From the NCBI GenBank assembly GCA_038903735.1, contig JBCKLP010000003.1, positions 1 to 55,448 of the forward strand: a DNA stretch of 55,448 nucleotides, read 5' to 3'. Source of the DNA: Burkholderiales bacterium (GTDB taxonomy: Bacteria > Pseudomonadota > Gammaproteobacteria > Burkholderiales > SG8-39). This document shows, piece after piece, positions 18,007 through 28,774 of the stretch; within the stretch, counting starts at the first letter, position 1; every line of letters begins with the position of its first letter. The notes under the pieces were generated by a model. That model did not search any database, was not told the DNA's origin, and saw only the letters and a program-made list of their open reading frames with translations. The translations under genes and the position numbers were made by a program.

Positions 18007-18353
18007 ATGGCCTCCGGGAACAATTCGTGTCTGCCGGGCGCTGCGTGCGACCCGGCCGTGCAGGTATTATGACCTGTCGCAGGCTGGCATCCAGGCGTAG
18101 GTATGCCGGCAAATGCCGGGCTTCGCGGCAGCGCAATGATAAGGGAAAACGCGCAAGATCCGGAGTACGGCAGGAAGGGACGACCCCTGGCGGACAGGGA
18201 TGGCAGCCGGGCAACGCCGCAGTCCGGGTGCGGGTGTCTGCCTTCCCGAACGCGATCTATTGTTAGATTTAATAATAGGCATGGCTGGAAATCTCCGAGC
18301 CATGCCGAAACTCAAAAAACAAAGTGTGACTTTTATAATCGGAATGGAAATCG

Positions 18354-19229
18354 ATGAACATGGTTGAAAGCCCGCCGGAACAGAATAAGGAGTCGTTCCC
18401 GGAGGTCCGCGAACTGCAGACGCGTGCCGAGCGCATCGAGACGCCCTGCGGCGCGGGTCGCATGGTCTGGCATCGCTGGGGCAGAGGCAGTCCGCTGCTG
18501 CTGCTGCACGGTGGCTCGGGTTCCTGGCTGCACTGGCTGAAGACCATCCCGGCGCTGGAGGGGCGTTATTCGGTGCTGGTCGCTGATCTGCCCGGCATGG
18601 GAGCTTCCGCGCTTCCGCATGAGCCTTATGAAGCCGGGCCCTACGCTGCCATCTTGCTGGAGGGATTGCGCGAACTGTTGCCAGGGCAGGAAGCGTTCGA
18701 TGTCGCGGGCTTTTCCTTTGGCGCCGGTCTTGCCGCTCGCATCGGCTGCCTGATGCCGGGACGCATTCGCCACTTGGTGCTTTCCGGGGCGAACTTCTAC
18801 CCGCCAGCACCGATGCGCCGTCGCGAGAACCTTATCAGCCTGAAACGTATTGCCGATCCGTCTGAGCGCTTGCAGGCGGTGCGCAATAATCTGCAGGTCA
18901 TGATGGTCCGCCACGAGAAGAACATGGACGATCTCGCGCTGCATCTGTACGCCACCGACACCGCCAGGCGCCGGCTGCCGCGCGTCTCGTTCAGCGGCTT
19001 TGCCACCTTGCGGGGCGATCTGGCGCAACTGCAACTGACGGGGGGCATCACGGCCCTATCGGGTGCCGACGACCAGATCATCGGCCATGACAGTGCCGGG
19101 CAGGCGGGAATGTTGCGCGAGTTGCGGCCTGAGGCGCGCTATGTCGCCATTCCCGGTGCCGGCCACTGGGTGATGTACGAGGGCGTCCAGGGCTATAACG
19201 CGGCTCTGCTCGATACGCTTGCCGCCTGA
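18354..19229 (+). CDS. Alpha/beta hydrolase
   Basis: HGGSGS, DLPGMG, GFSFG nucleophile elbow, AGHW. Confidence 0.9.
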   Translation: MNMVESPPEQNKESFPEVRELQTRAERIETPCGAGRMVWHRWGRGSPLLLLHGGSGSWLHWLKTIPALEGRYSVLVADLPGMGASALPHEPYEAGPYAAILLEGLRELLPGQEAFDVAGFSFGAGLAARIGCLMPGRIRHLVLSGANFYPPAPMRRRENLISLKRIADPSERLQAVRNNLQVMMVRHEKNMDDLALHLYATDTARRRLPRVSFSGFATLRGDLAQLQLTGGITALSGADDQIIGHDSAGQAGMLRELRPEARYVAIPGAGHWVMYEGVQGYNAALLDTLAA

Positions 19230-19374
19230 AGCCGGAATTCGGCGCAGGACGTGGCGCAATCAGTGCATTTCGCGCCAATGCCGATGCGATCGGCGCACCC
19301 GTGCGAGAATCGCGGCGATCAGGCAGGCGGCGAACGCCACTAAAAATGCAGCTTTCACCCAGAGGTCAGATTGA

Positions 19375-20550
19375 ATGAGTGATTCGCCAAGAAATCCCGC
19401 GCTGCGCTTCGGCATGTTCATGGGGCCATTCCATGCCATGAACCTCGACCCCACCTATGCGCTGGAGCGCGACCTGCAACTGATGGTGCACCTGGACCGG
19501 CTGGGGTTCGACGAGGCCTGGATCGGCGAGCATCACTCGGGGGGTTTCGAAATCATCCCCGCGCCGGAAGTGTTCATCGCTGCGGCTGCCGAGCGCACCA
19601 AACACATACGCCTCGGCACCGGCGTCAAATCGCTGCCCTATCACCACCCCTTCGTGGTGGCGGAAACCATGGCGCAGCTCGATCACATGACCCGTGGTCG
19701 GGTGATGTTCGGCGCAGGGCCGGGGGCGCTGCCTTCGGACGCCACCATGATCGGTCTTGCGCCGGTGAATATGCGGCCACGTATGGACGAGGCGCTCGAT
19801 TGCATCATCCGCCTTCTCAAGGGCGAAACAGTCACGCACAAGACCGACTGGTTTGAACTGGTGGAAGCGCGGCTTTCGGTGGGTTGTTACACGCAGCCGC
19901 ACATGGAAATCGCGCTGGCCTCGATACGCTCGCCCTCGGGTGCGCTTGCTGCGGGACGCCACGGCGCGGGCATGCTGGTGCTCTCGGGGGTCGATGATGA
20001 TTCTCTCAGGCACCACATGGCCAACTGGAAAATCTACGAGGACAGTTGCGCCGAGCATGGCCACAAGGCGGACCGCTCGCGCTGGCAGTTCGCCATTCAG
20101 CTTCACCTCGCCGAAACGCGCGAGCAGGCCTGGAAGGAAGTGCAGTACGGGCTGGAGAAATGGATCTGCTATTCCAACGACATCGTGCCCGCGCCCAATC
20201 CGGTGCCGCGCGGACTGCCCGATCCGGTGGCCTGGATGCTCGAACACAAGCGCGCCATCATCGGCACGCCGGATGATGCGGTCAGGGAAATCGAGCACAT
20301 GCTGGAATTCACCGGCGGGTTCGGTGGCATCCTGGTATTCGCGCAGGATTGGGCGAACTGGGGCGCCACGCAGCGCAGTCTGGAGTTGCTCGCCGAGGAG
20401 GTGCGCCCGCGCATCAATCGCACCAATTTGCTGCGCCAGGCCAGTTACGATCGCAATGCGCCCATACAGGAAGCCAACCGGGCTCTGGCTCGCGCCGGCA
20501 CTGCCGAGGCACAGGCGCGCTACGAGGCGAAAAAGCGGGCGGGTGGTTAA
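19375..20550 (+). CDS. Luciferase-like (LLM) flavin-dependent monooxygenase, limonene monooxygenase-like
   Basis: GFDEAWIGEHHS, IRLGTGV, LDHMTRGR, IIGTPDD. Confidence 0.9.
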   Translation: MSDSPRNPALRFGMFMGPFHAMNLDPTYALERDLQLMVHLDRLGFDEAWIGEHHSGGFEIIPAPEVFIAAAAERTKHIRLGTGVKSLPYHHPFVVAETMAQLDHMTRGRVMFGAGPGALPSDATMIGLAPVNMRPRMDEALDCIIRLLKGETVTHKTDWFELVEARLSVGCYTQPHMEIALASIRSPSGALAAGRHGAGMLVLSGVDDDSLRHHMANWKIYEDSCAEHGHKADRSRWQFAIQLHLAETREQAWKEVQYGLEKWICYSNDIVPAPNPVPRGLPDPVAWMLEHKRAIIGTPDDAVREIEHMLEFTGGFGGILVFAQDWANWGATQRSLELLAEEVRPRINRTNLLRQASYDRNAPIQEANRALARAGTAEAQARYEAKKRAGG

Positions 20551-20646
20551 ACACGAGGTCGCATTCCAATGAGGCCGGCGCGAGGGCTGTTCGCAAGGTC
20601 CGAAACGAAAGCGGGAGTCGAGCCACAATAAAAACAGGCGCGGACG

Positions 20647-21825
20647 TTACTCTTTTTCCCTGACCCGCCGGAACGCGACCCAGAGCGCCACGTCGTAGAT
20701 GATTTTCAGCGATCCGGCCACGACCAGCGGCGCTGCCATCATGCCGGTGGCGAACATGGCCCCGCCCAGCGACGGTCCCAGCGCGGCCGCGAGGCTGCGC
20801 GGCACGGCGGTGAAACTCGCCGCTGCGGGGCGCTCGGGCGGGGTGACCACCGACATCACATAGGCGCCGCGCGCAGGCACGTCCATTTGTGAGAGTGCAC
20901 CGCGCAGCAGCAGAAATGCCAGCGCGCTGGTGACATCGGGAGCAAACGCGGCGGCAATCAGGCACAGGTTGGCCGGAATATGCGTGAATACCATGGTGTT
21001 GATGAGACCAATTTTCTTCGCGACCCAGGGCGCAAGAAGTTGCGATGTTGCCGTGGCGAGGCCCGCCCAGAAAAAGAAGGCGCCAGCCATGGATAGCGAC
21101 AGGCCGAAACGTTCGAATAACCATAGGGCGAGCAGTGAATTGACGACTATGCCGCTGGCAAAGGAATCCAGGCTGAAAAGCGCGGCGAGCTTCCACACAA
21201 TGGCCTTCGATTCGACCAGCGGCGCTGCCGCCACCGCGTGCTCGTCGGCTTTGACCCGCGGCAGGCCCAGGTACAGCGCCCACACCGCGATCCCGACCGC
21301 GGCATAGAGTACAAACATGACGCGCAGCGCATCCTCGATTGCCAGATTGCCGCGTGCCACCAGCAGGTCCGGCACCGCGGCAGACAAGGCGCCTATCGCG
21401 GCGAACAGCGACCCGATAAAGCTGTAGCGCGCAAACAGGGTGGTGCGGTTTGCGGCATTGGTCGCGCCCGCAATTACGGTGTGTTCGAGCGGCTGGAATA
21501 CGCTCACATCGCCGCTGCTGGGGTTGATGGTGCCGACGAACGCCACCAGCAGCAAAGGCCACAAGGAGGACAGCGAGGCGAAGCCGAGGCCGGTGGCGCC
21601 CATCAGCAGTCCCGCCAAAAGGAGCAAGAGGCGTATGGAAAACCGGTGTCCCCAGCGCCCGACCGCCAGCGTGGCGGCCGCGGACCCGAGCAGGGTGGCG
21701 GTGCTCAAGATTCCCACCTCCAGTTGGCCGTGGCCGAGCGCCAGCAGGTAGGCGGGCAGCAGTATCGCGACATAACCATCGGCGAACGCACGCAGCGCCT
21801 TCGCGATCAGCACCCGCCGGATCAT
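20647..21825 (-). CDS. MFS transporter
   Basis: About 12 hydrophobic segments; GTINPSSGDVSVF, SQMDVP. Confidence 0.9.
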   Translation of the reverse strand: MIRRVLIAKALRAFADGYVAILLPAYLLALGHGQLEVGILSTATLLGSAAATLAVGRWGHRFSIRLLLLLAGLLMGATGLGFASLSSLWPLLLVAFVGTINPSSGDVSVFQPLEHTVIAGATNAANRTTLFARYSFIGSLFAAIGALSAAVPDLLVARGNLAIEDALRVMFVLYAAVGIAVWALYLGLPRVKADEHAVAAAPLVESKAIVWKLAALFSLDSFASGIVVNSLLALWLFERFGLSLSMAGAFFFWAGLATATSQLLAPWVAKKIGLINTMVFTHIPANLCLIAAAFAPDVTSALAFLLLRGALSQMDVPARGAYVMSVVTPPERPAAASFTAVPRSLAAALGPSLGGAMFATGMMAAPLVVAGSLKIIYDVALWVAFRRVREKE

Positions 21826-21907
21826 TGCCTCTCCCCATGATTGACAGCTTGCGCGCCGCCAGGCCGCGAGGATTGCGCAAGCTGCGATGTTGCTCTGCCC
21901 GGGCTGA

Positions 21908-23152
21908 CTATGACCGCCTGCCCATCATGGCCAGCAACACCGACATCACCGCCAGCAGGACCATAGCCGAGAGCGCCAGCGACCAGTGCACGCCGATCAA
22001 TGCGCCGCCCGCGCCTATGGTGACACCGGAGAATGCGCGCAGTCCCTGGCCGAACATGTTGTACAGCCCGATCACGCGGCCGCGGATCGCGGCGGGCGCC
22101 TCGATCTGGATCAGCGACTGCGCCATGGAATTGAAGGTCAGATCGAGCAGCCCGGCTATAAAAAGCAGCACCACCGACAGCGTGTAGGACGTGGTTAGCG
22201 CAAAGCCCGTCATCACCACGCACCACACCATGGCTAGGCGAATGGCGACGCCCGGCTTGGCCATCATCGTGCCGCGGCTTTCCAGCACAAACGCCGAGAC
22301 CAGCGCGCCTGCGGCGTGCGCAGCAAGCAGTATCGAATAGTGCCAGCCTGGGTCGCCGTGGCCAAGATCGTGGGCGAACTCCGGCATCTGTGCCTGGTAA
22401 GCGTTGCCGATGAACAGCGAAAATCCGGCGGCCAGGCACAGCATCGAAACGATGGTGCGGTTCGAGCTGATCTCGCGCAGGGTTGCAAACACCTGCCCGA
22501 AGCCCGCCGCTTGCGCCGCTCGCACCGGTCGCGGCGCGGCGCCCTCGTGCTTTTCCCGATATTTGTGCCCGTAGGGGGCGCGGGACAACCAGATGAGCTG
22601 CGGCACATAACAAAGCGCGTTGGCGAGCACCCCCCATGCCGGGCCGGCCACCACCAGCAGGGTGCCGCCGATGGCGGGACCGGCGAGCTGCCCCAAGGTG
22701 CGCGCGCTGGCATTGATGCGCACCGCGCTCTGCAGTGCGGCCGCGCCGACAATGTCGTGCACCAGCATCTGCTGCGCGGGTGAGTTGATCACCCCGGCCA
22801 TGCCATGCAAGATAAGCAACACCATGGCGTGCCAGGGCTCCATGGTGCCCGTGAGGAACAGGACGCCCCAGGCGATTGACGAGGCCATGAACATCAGCAT
22901 GCCGATCTGCATCATCCGGCGCGGATCGAAGCGGTCGGCCAGGGCGCCGGAATAGACGGAGAAGAACAGGAAGGGCAGCCAGTGGGAGAATATGGCGAAG
23001 CCACCCAGCGCCGGTGAACGGAACACCTGGTAGATCATCCAGTAGGAAATGACGTGCTCGATCGAGTCGCCAAGCATCGCGCAGAAACCACCGCCGATGT
23101 AGCCACGGTAGCCACGGTGACGCAGTGCTGCAAAGGAGCGGATTTCAGCCAT
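21908..23152 (-). CDS. MFS transporter
   Basis: GALADRFDPRR motif A; RGRVIGLY. Confidence 0.9.
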   Translation of the reverse strand: MAEIRSFAALRHRGYRGYIGGGFCAMLGDSIEHVISYWMIYQVFRSPALGGFAIFSHWLPFLFFSVYSGALADRFDPRRMMQIGMLMFMASSIAWGVLFLTGTMEPWHAMVLLILHGMAGVINSPAQQMLVHDIVGAAALQSAVRINASARTLGQLAGPAIGGTLLVVAGPAWGVLANALCYVPQLIWLSRAPYGHKYREKHEGAAPRPVRAAQAAGFGQVFATLREISSNRTIVSMLCLAAGFSLFIGNAYQAQMPEFAHDLGHGDPGWHYSILLAAHAAGALVSAFVLESRGTMMAKPGVAIRLAMVWCVVMTGFALTTSYTLSVVLLFIAGLLDLTFNSMAQSLIQIEAPAAIRGRVIGLYNMFGQGLRAFSGVTIGAGGALIGVHWSLALSAMVLLAVMSVLLAMMGRRS

Positions 23153-23656
23153 GTGTGTTGCGCGCGCTCAGCAGCGCGGCGGCGTCGCCGGGATGCAATC
23201 CCCCGGCGCCGGGGGGCTGTTGGTGAGACCCAGTGAGATCGCGCAACCTGGCAGCGGCGCCGTGAGCAGCAGGGCGAGCACCATCCGGGAAATGGTCCTT
23301 CCAGGTATCGGGGGCGGGCTCGCGCGAATCCACGAACCCAATTCCCTGCTGTTGCGATTCATCGAGCCGATCCATTCTTCCCGTCCTTGAGGCCCAGTAT
23401 AGTGCGGGCTGTGGAGTAAGACCTGCCATGCCAGGGTCAGCGCCCCGGGGTCGCAGCGGGCGCCCGCAGGATCCTGGTGTTGCGGGGATGGTGTTGCGGG
23501 GATGTTTCCTCTGCCGTCCAACGGGTTAAGATGACGGACCCTGCGGTATTCGTTGTCTCAGGGCAGAGGCTGGAAAATCCGGGTGAGCATCCCTAGTCAC
23601 CCAATGTACCCGGCGACACGGCTCGCCCTTACCCTTGCAAAGGAAAGATCAGATAC

Positions 23657-24031
23657 ATGTCACGTAAAGAAATAGGTTTCGCGGAACGTATGCAGACGGC
23701 GGCCAGCGCCAAGCAGGCCCAGCTTGAAAAAATACGCGCAATGCCCAAGGCAAACGAGGCGCAGGCCGCCGAGCGGCAGGCCGAGCGTGTGGTTGCGGAC
23801 GAAGCGCGTGAGGCGCGCCGCGCGGAGCGCGATGCCATAAAGCGGGTCGCGTCGCAGGAGAGGGAAGTTGCGCGCGCTGCGGAGGCCGCACGGCAGGCCA
23901 AGGCGGCTGCCGAGGAAAAAGAACGTAAAGAGGCCGAGGAGCGCGTCCGCGCGGAGGCGGAAGCCGCGCTCAAGATCAAGCAGAAGGCGGTGCGTGATGC
24001 CAAGTACGCCGCGCGCAAAGGGCGCAAGTGA
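23657..24031 (+). CDS. DUF6481-like small charged coiled-coil protein
   Basis: FAERMQTAASAKQAQLEK...RDAKYAARK; AAAGGA RBS. Confidence 0.75.
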   Translation: MSRKEIGFAERMQTAASAKQAQLEKIRAMPKANEAQAAERQAERVVADEAREARRAERDAIKRVASQEREVARAAEAARQAKAAAEEKERKEAEERVRAEAEAALKIKQKAVRDAKYAARKGRK

Positions 24032-24085
24032 GCTTGAGTTTGGACGCAGGACCTTGCGCCTTGGAGGCCCTGCGGCGCCCTGCAG

Positions 24086-24320
24086 CTACTCGAACTTTAT
24101 CCCGGCCGACTTGACGGCCGCGGCATAGCGCTGCAATTCGTCCTTCATGAACTGGATGTAGTTCTCGGTGCCATTTTCCGTGAGCACCATGCCCAGATTG
24201 TTCATGCGGTCGGCTAAATCGGGCTCGCGCAGGGCCCTGGCAAAGGTCTGCTGCAACAGGGTCAGCAGCGATTTCGACAGGCCCGTCGAGGTTTGCACAC
24301 CCATGGTGGTCGCCACATTG
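24086..24320 (-). pseudogene. C-terminal remnant of a Bug receptor
   Basis: ALREPDLADRMNNLGM...FMKDELQRYAAAVKSAGIKFE* with no N-terminal part. Confidence 0.75.
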
Positions 24321-24368
24321 AATCTCTCCGGGTTTAATTCCCCGCCCCTTGGGGCGGGGAAATTTATT
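24321..24368. repeat. Short palindromic element
   Basis: TTCCCCGCCCC-TT-GGGGCGGGGAA (24338-24361) with AT-rich flanks. Confidence 0.65.
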
Positions 24369-24411
24369 GGTAGTGGCTCCCTACCCTGTTGCGCGGGGCA
24401 TCGCGCGTCAA

Positions 24412-25368
24412 TCAGTTCTTGTTGACCATCACGGCCTTGATGATGGGTCCCCATTTGGCAAGGTCGCGTTTGACCATTGCGCCCAGTTCTTCGGGTGTGG
24501 ATGGCGATGCCTCCATGCCGGAGGAGGCCAGCTTTTCCCGCACATCCGGCGCAGCCAGCGCTTTGGAAAAGGCGGCGTTCACGCGGTCTATGACCGGCCT
24601 CGGCGTAGCTGCCTGCGTGAACAGTGCCAGCCAGTTGCATCCCTCCAGGCCCGGATAACCGGACTCGCGCACCGTGGGCATGTCGGGAAGGCGCGGCTCG
24701 CGCCGCGGACCGGTGGTGGCAAGGCCTATCATCCGCCCCTCCCGGATGTAGGTGGCATAGGGAATGACCCCGACCACCGCCATGTCGATGTCCCCGTTCA
24801 GCAGTGCCTGCGATTGCTGCGGCGCCCCGGCGTAGGGCACATACAGGATATCGGTGCCTGACAGTGCCTTCAACTGCGCGCCCAGCATCTGGGTCAGCAC
24901 GTTGGAGCCACTGATGGTGAGCTTGCCGGGATTGGCTTTGGCAAAACTCATCAGCTCGACCAGCGACTTGCGCGGCGCCTTGTTGCTTCCCACGAACATC
25001 ACGCATTGATAGGCGAGGTTGGTGACGGGCGCGAAGTCCTTCAGCGGGTCGAAATTGGGCTTGGGGGTCATCCAGGGATTCATCGCCATTGTGGCGTCAA
25101 TGCCCAGATACAAGTTGTAGCCATCGGCTTCCTGGCGCGCCGCATATTCGGCGCCGATGTTGGTGCCCGCGCCCGGCCTGGTTTCGATGATGATGGTCTG
25201 CCCCAGCGCCTCCTGCGCCTTCAGGCTTACGGTGCGTGCGAGGAGGTCGGTGCTGCCGCCTGGTGGAAAGGAATGCAGTAGGCGAACGGGCTTGGAGGGA
25301 TATGTCTGTGCGATTGCCGGAATCGTGGCAGCCAGCAATGTCAGGAGAACTGCGGATCTTAATTGCAT
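24412..25368 (-). CDS. Bug/TctC receptor
   Basis: YPSKPVR...FPPGGSTD, ADGY, DLAKWGPII. Confidence 0.93.
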   Translation of the reverse strand: MQLRSAVLLTLLAATIPAIAQTYPSKPVRLLHSFPPGGSTDLLARTVSLKAQEALGQTIIIETRPGAGTNIGAEYAARQEADGYNLYLGIDATMAMNPWMTPKPNFDPLKDFAPVTNLAYQCVMFVGSNKAPRKSLVELMSFAKANPGKLTISGSNVLTQMLGAQLKALSGTDILYVPYAGAPQQSQALLNGDIDMAVVGVIPYATYIREGRMIGLATTGPRREPRLPDMPTVRESGYPGLEGCNWLALFTQAATPRPVIDRVNAAFSKALAAPDVREKLASSGMEASPSTPEELGAMVKRDLAKWGPIIKAVMVNKN

Positions 25369-25457
25369 GAATTCACTCTTTTCAGGGAACTGCACTGATT
25401 TTCTACTCAGCCGGTACATAAGGCAAGCGATACCCGCGACAGCGATACCGGCGCCCT

Positions 25458-26585
25458 TCAGGATCGCCCCCAGACTGCCTGCGCGGTCTCCACCACGCGC
25501 GCAAGTTTGGCGTGCTGTGCCGCGATGGCGCTGTCATCACCCAGGTACACACCGGTGGCAAAACCGCACTGCGGGCTGATTGCCAGTTGATCCAGATTCG
25601 CGTAGCGGCTGGCTTCCCTGATGCGGTCCTGCAGAAACTCGAGTGTTTCCAGTTCAGGTTTGCGGGAGTGCAGGAGGCCCAGCACCACTTTCTTGTCTTT
25701 GGGGAGCAGGCGCAGCGGCTCGAAGCTTCCCGAGCGCGGATCGTCGTATTCCAGGAAGTAGATGCCGGTATTCATCTGCTGGAACATGGCCTGCGCAATC
25801 GGTTCATAACCGATCGCCGCCTGCCAGCTCGGGTCCTGGCTGCGGCACACATGCACGCCGACAGTCATGCCGGAGGGCGCGCCTGCGATGACGGCATTGA
25901 CGGCATCGATATAGATACGCAGCAGTTCCTGCCAGTTGTCGCCGCGCGCAGCCAGCAACTCGCGTACCCGCGGGTCGCCGAGTTTTACGAGCGAGGTTTC
26001 ATCGATCTGCAGGTAGTTGCAGCCGGCCTCAGCCAGGGAGCGCATCTCCTGATGATAGGCATTGACCAGATCGCTCCAGAAGGCGTCCAGATCCGGGTAG
26101 ATATCGCGGCTGATGTGCTCGCGTCCGGCACGATAGTGGATGTAGCCCGGACCCGGCAGCGTGATCTTGCCCGTTCTGGTGGTGAGCGATTTGAGATAAG
26201 TAAAATCACGGGCGTTCTGCGGCCCGTTCCACTGGATGCGCTCGACCACCCGCGGCACCCGCCGCGCCATGCGATTGCCGTGGGTGCTGGAACGCTTCCA
26301 GCCCTCGGGCTCGGTCAGTTCGACCGAGAGTCCGCGTATGCCCTGGGTGGTGAATGAATCCGAGTAGGTGCCGCGGCGGAATTCACCGTCGGTGAGCACT
26401 TCAAGGCCGACACTTTCCTGCAGTGCCACCACCTCGCGTATCGCCTGGTCCTCGATCGCGCGCAGTGCCGTGGCATCGATGCGCCCGGCCTCGTGTTCCT
26501 TGCGGGCGTTGACCAACGCTGTCGGACGAACCAGGCTGCCGATATGTTCAGCGCGAAAGGGAAATTGTGGTGTGTGTTTTGTCAT
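25458..26585 (-). CDS. Cobalamin-independent methionine synthase II-like zinc enzyme (single domain)
   Basis: EHIGSL, TDGEFRR, HVC, FLEYD, SPQCGF. Confidence 0.88.
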   Translation of the reverse strand: MTKHTPQFPFRAEHIGSLVRPTALVNARKEHEAGRIDATALRAIEDQAIREVVALQESVGLEVLTDGEFRRGTYSDSFTTQGIRGLSVELTEPEGWKRSSTHGNRMARRVPRVVERIQWNGPQNARDFTYLKSLTTRTGKITLPGPGYIHYRAGREHISRDIYPDLDAFWSDLVNAYHQEMRSLAEAGCNYLQIDETSLVKLGDPRVRELLAARGDNWQELLRIYIDAVNAVIAGAPSGMTVGVHVCRSQDPSWQAAIGYEPIAQAMFQQMNTGIYFLEYDDPRSGSFEPLRLLPKDKKVVLGLLHSRKPELETLEFLQDRIREASRYANLDQLAISPQCGFATGVYLGDDSAIAAQHAKLARVVETAQAVWGRS

Positions 26586-26759
26586 GCGCTGCATAGTAAC
26601 GCGGCGCTTGCGCGGCGGTGGCCGATTTCTGTGCGCACGGTGCCCACCCGGACGGCCATTCGCCATCCCACCCTCCGATGGAATGGCAGGTCGCCGCAGT
26701 GTGCTGCCGGAAATGGGCGGCGCTTTGCCGCGGGCAGCCCACTGCCGCGGGCAGCGTGC

Positions 26760-27530
26760 TCAGGCGGCCAGTGTCACCACGGCGTCTTCGTAGCGTCCCG
26801 CGCCCATGTCCTTGCCCTCGAAGATGCCGCGTTCCTTGATCCACTGGAACGAATCCTCGAAAACCTGTTTGGTGTAGGGCTCGAACACGATGCGCTCGCC
26901 GGGGCCCCAGCGGTGCGTGTCCATCAAATCGAGGAAGCGCGCCGGGAACTCCTTGCGATAGTAGTGCGTGTACAGCTCGGGCCGTAGGTCGATGTCGCGC
27001 TGCGCTTTTTTCAGCGCGCTGAAAAATTTGCGCAGATTTTCCTTGTTCGGCGTGCCGGTAATGGCGGTGGCCATCATGAAGGTGGTGTCCATTACCTTGC
27101 GGAAGCCCATCTGTTCCAGAAAATAGTAGGCGCCGCTGAATACCGATACCGCCGGTACCTTGCGCTCGTACATCCTCTCCATGCGGCTGAACAGCAGTCC
27201 GTCGGCATAGGAGAGTTTCATGTCGCTGATGGGCATGTAATGCTCCAGTGCCTGGATGGTCGAATAATGGCTGCCCGACTGGAAGCCCACTGAAATCTCC
27301 ACGCCCTTGAGATCGGCCGGATGGCGGATAGCGGATTCCGGCGCGACAAACACGCCGCAGGGTGCCACGGAATAGGCGTCGGCAAACAGCTTGTTATGCC
27401 CCTTGGAGGCGGCCACGTTGACCGTCCAGTGGCAGGCGCCGCTGACATCGCAGGAGCGGCCTTTCTCCAGTGACTGGAAGGCGCCGACCTTGTCAGCGGT
27501 GGCGTGTTTTACGGAGGCATCACCCGGGCC
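26760..27530 (-). pseudogene. ABC-type (SsuA/NMT1-like) substrate-binding protein, 5' truncated
   Basis: Frame extends upstream of the called ORF (KVGAFQSLEKGR...ACHWTVN) to a TAG with no start codon; IRHPADLKG, GSHYS. Confidence 0.65.
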
Positions 27531-27762
27531 CCGTTTCAGATTGAATAGTGCCTATTATCGTCGTTGCAGAAACATTGGGTACGCTATGCTGGAACGCTAT
27601 GCTGGAAGATAGCCGCTTCGAGAAATCAGGCCCGTATGCGGTCTATCCCGCGGGACGATTTGTCTCCGTGAATCGCAAAGCTTTCGTTGATTTTCTCGCC
27701 GCCGAGTTGGGCGATAATGGTGCTCCCGGGGTTGGCCTTGGGCGTCAAGGAGAATCCACAGT

Positions 27763-28761
27763 ATGAATGCATCGACCGTGTCGGTATGGGCAGGCGGCTT
27801 GCAGTTGTCATTGGTGGCGACGGGCATGTTGCTTGGTGCGGGTCTCGCGCAGGCGCAAGGCAGCTATCCCGAGAAACCCGTTCGCCTGATCGTGCCTTTT
27901 CCCCCTGGGGGCGGCGCCGATAATCTGGCGCGGAGCATATTCCCGCGTGCCGCGCAGGCACTGGGTCAGCCCATCATCATTGAAAACCGGCCGGGTGCCG
28001 GCGGCAATCTGGGTGCGGAATTCGTGGCGCGCGCCGCAGCCGATGGTTACACCGTCCTGCATGGCACCAATGGCACGCATGGCATCAACCACGCGCTGTA
28101 TGCCAAGACCGGGTTTGATCCCATCAAGGACTTTGCACCCATCACCCGGCTCACCTTTCTGCCGGCGATGTTGGTGATTCACCCCAGCATACCGGCCAAC
28201 TCGGTCAAGGAACTCATCGGCTACATGAAGGCCAATCCGGGCAAGATTTCCTTTGCCTCAGCCGGCAATGGCACCACCTCGCATATGGCCGGAACCCTGT
28301 TCAAGAGCCTTGCAGGCGTGGATATGGTGCATGTGCCCTACAAGGGCGGTGGTCCTGCGCTGGCCGGCATGCTGGGTGGTGAAGTGCAGTTGATGATCGA
28401 CCTGATGGTGAGCATTTATCCGCAGACCAAGGGCGGCAAGCTGAAGGGGCTGGCGGTCACCACCCAGAGCCGTGTCTCCACGGCCCCGGATCTGGCGACA
28501 CTGGACGAATCGGGTGTTGCCGGGTTTGACATCGCAGCAACCGACGGCCTGTACGCGCCGGCCGGAACGCCGCGGCCGATCATCGACCGCCTCAATGCCG
28601 CGCTGCGTCAGGCGCTGACCGATCCGCAAGTGCGCGACAGCCTGGGCGCCCGCGGCGCATTCCCCATTCCCGGCACGCCCGAGGCATTGGCTCAGCACAT
28701 CGCCAGGGAATTGCCGATGTGGCAGAAACTGGTCAAGGAATCCGGCGCCAAACTGGATTGA
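27763..28761 (+). CDS. Bug/TctC receptor
   Basis: YPEKPVRLIVPFPPGGGAD, HVPYKGG. Confidence 0.95.
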   Translation: MNASTVSVWAGGLQLSLVATGMLLGAGLAQAQGSYPEKPVRLIVPFPPGGGADNLARSIFPRAAQALGQPIIIENRPGAGGNLGAEFVARAAADGYTVLHGTNGTHGINHALYAKTGFDPIKDFAPITRLTFLPAMLVIHPSIPANSVKELIGYMKANPGKISFASAGNGTTSHMAGTLFKSLAGVDMVHVPYKGGGPALAGMLGGEVQLMIDLMVSIYPQTKGGKLKGLAVTTQSRVSTAPDLATLDESGVAGFDIAATDGLYAPAGTPRPIIDRLNAALRQALTDPQVRDSLGARGAFPIPGTPEALAQHIARELPMWQKLVKESGAKLD

Positions 28762-28774
28762 AAAGGAGATCGCT

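Noticed and set aside
23168-23521. 117-aa minus-strand ORF with a lipoprotein-like stretch
   Set aside because: Pro-rich, no family motif and no clear RBS.
24086-25006. 306-aa ORF as a real gene
   Set aside because: It is an off-frame shadow of the Bug gene that runs through the palindrome into the Bug remnant.
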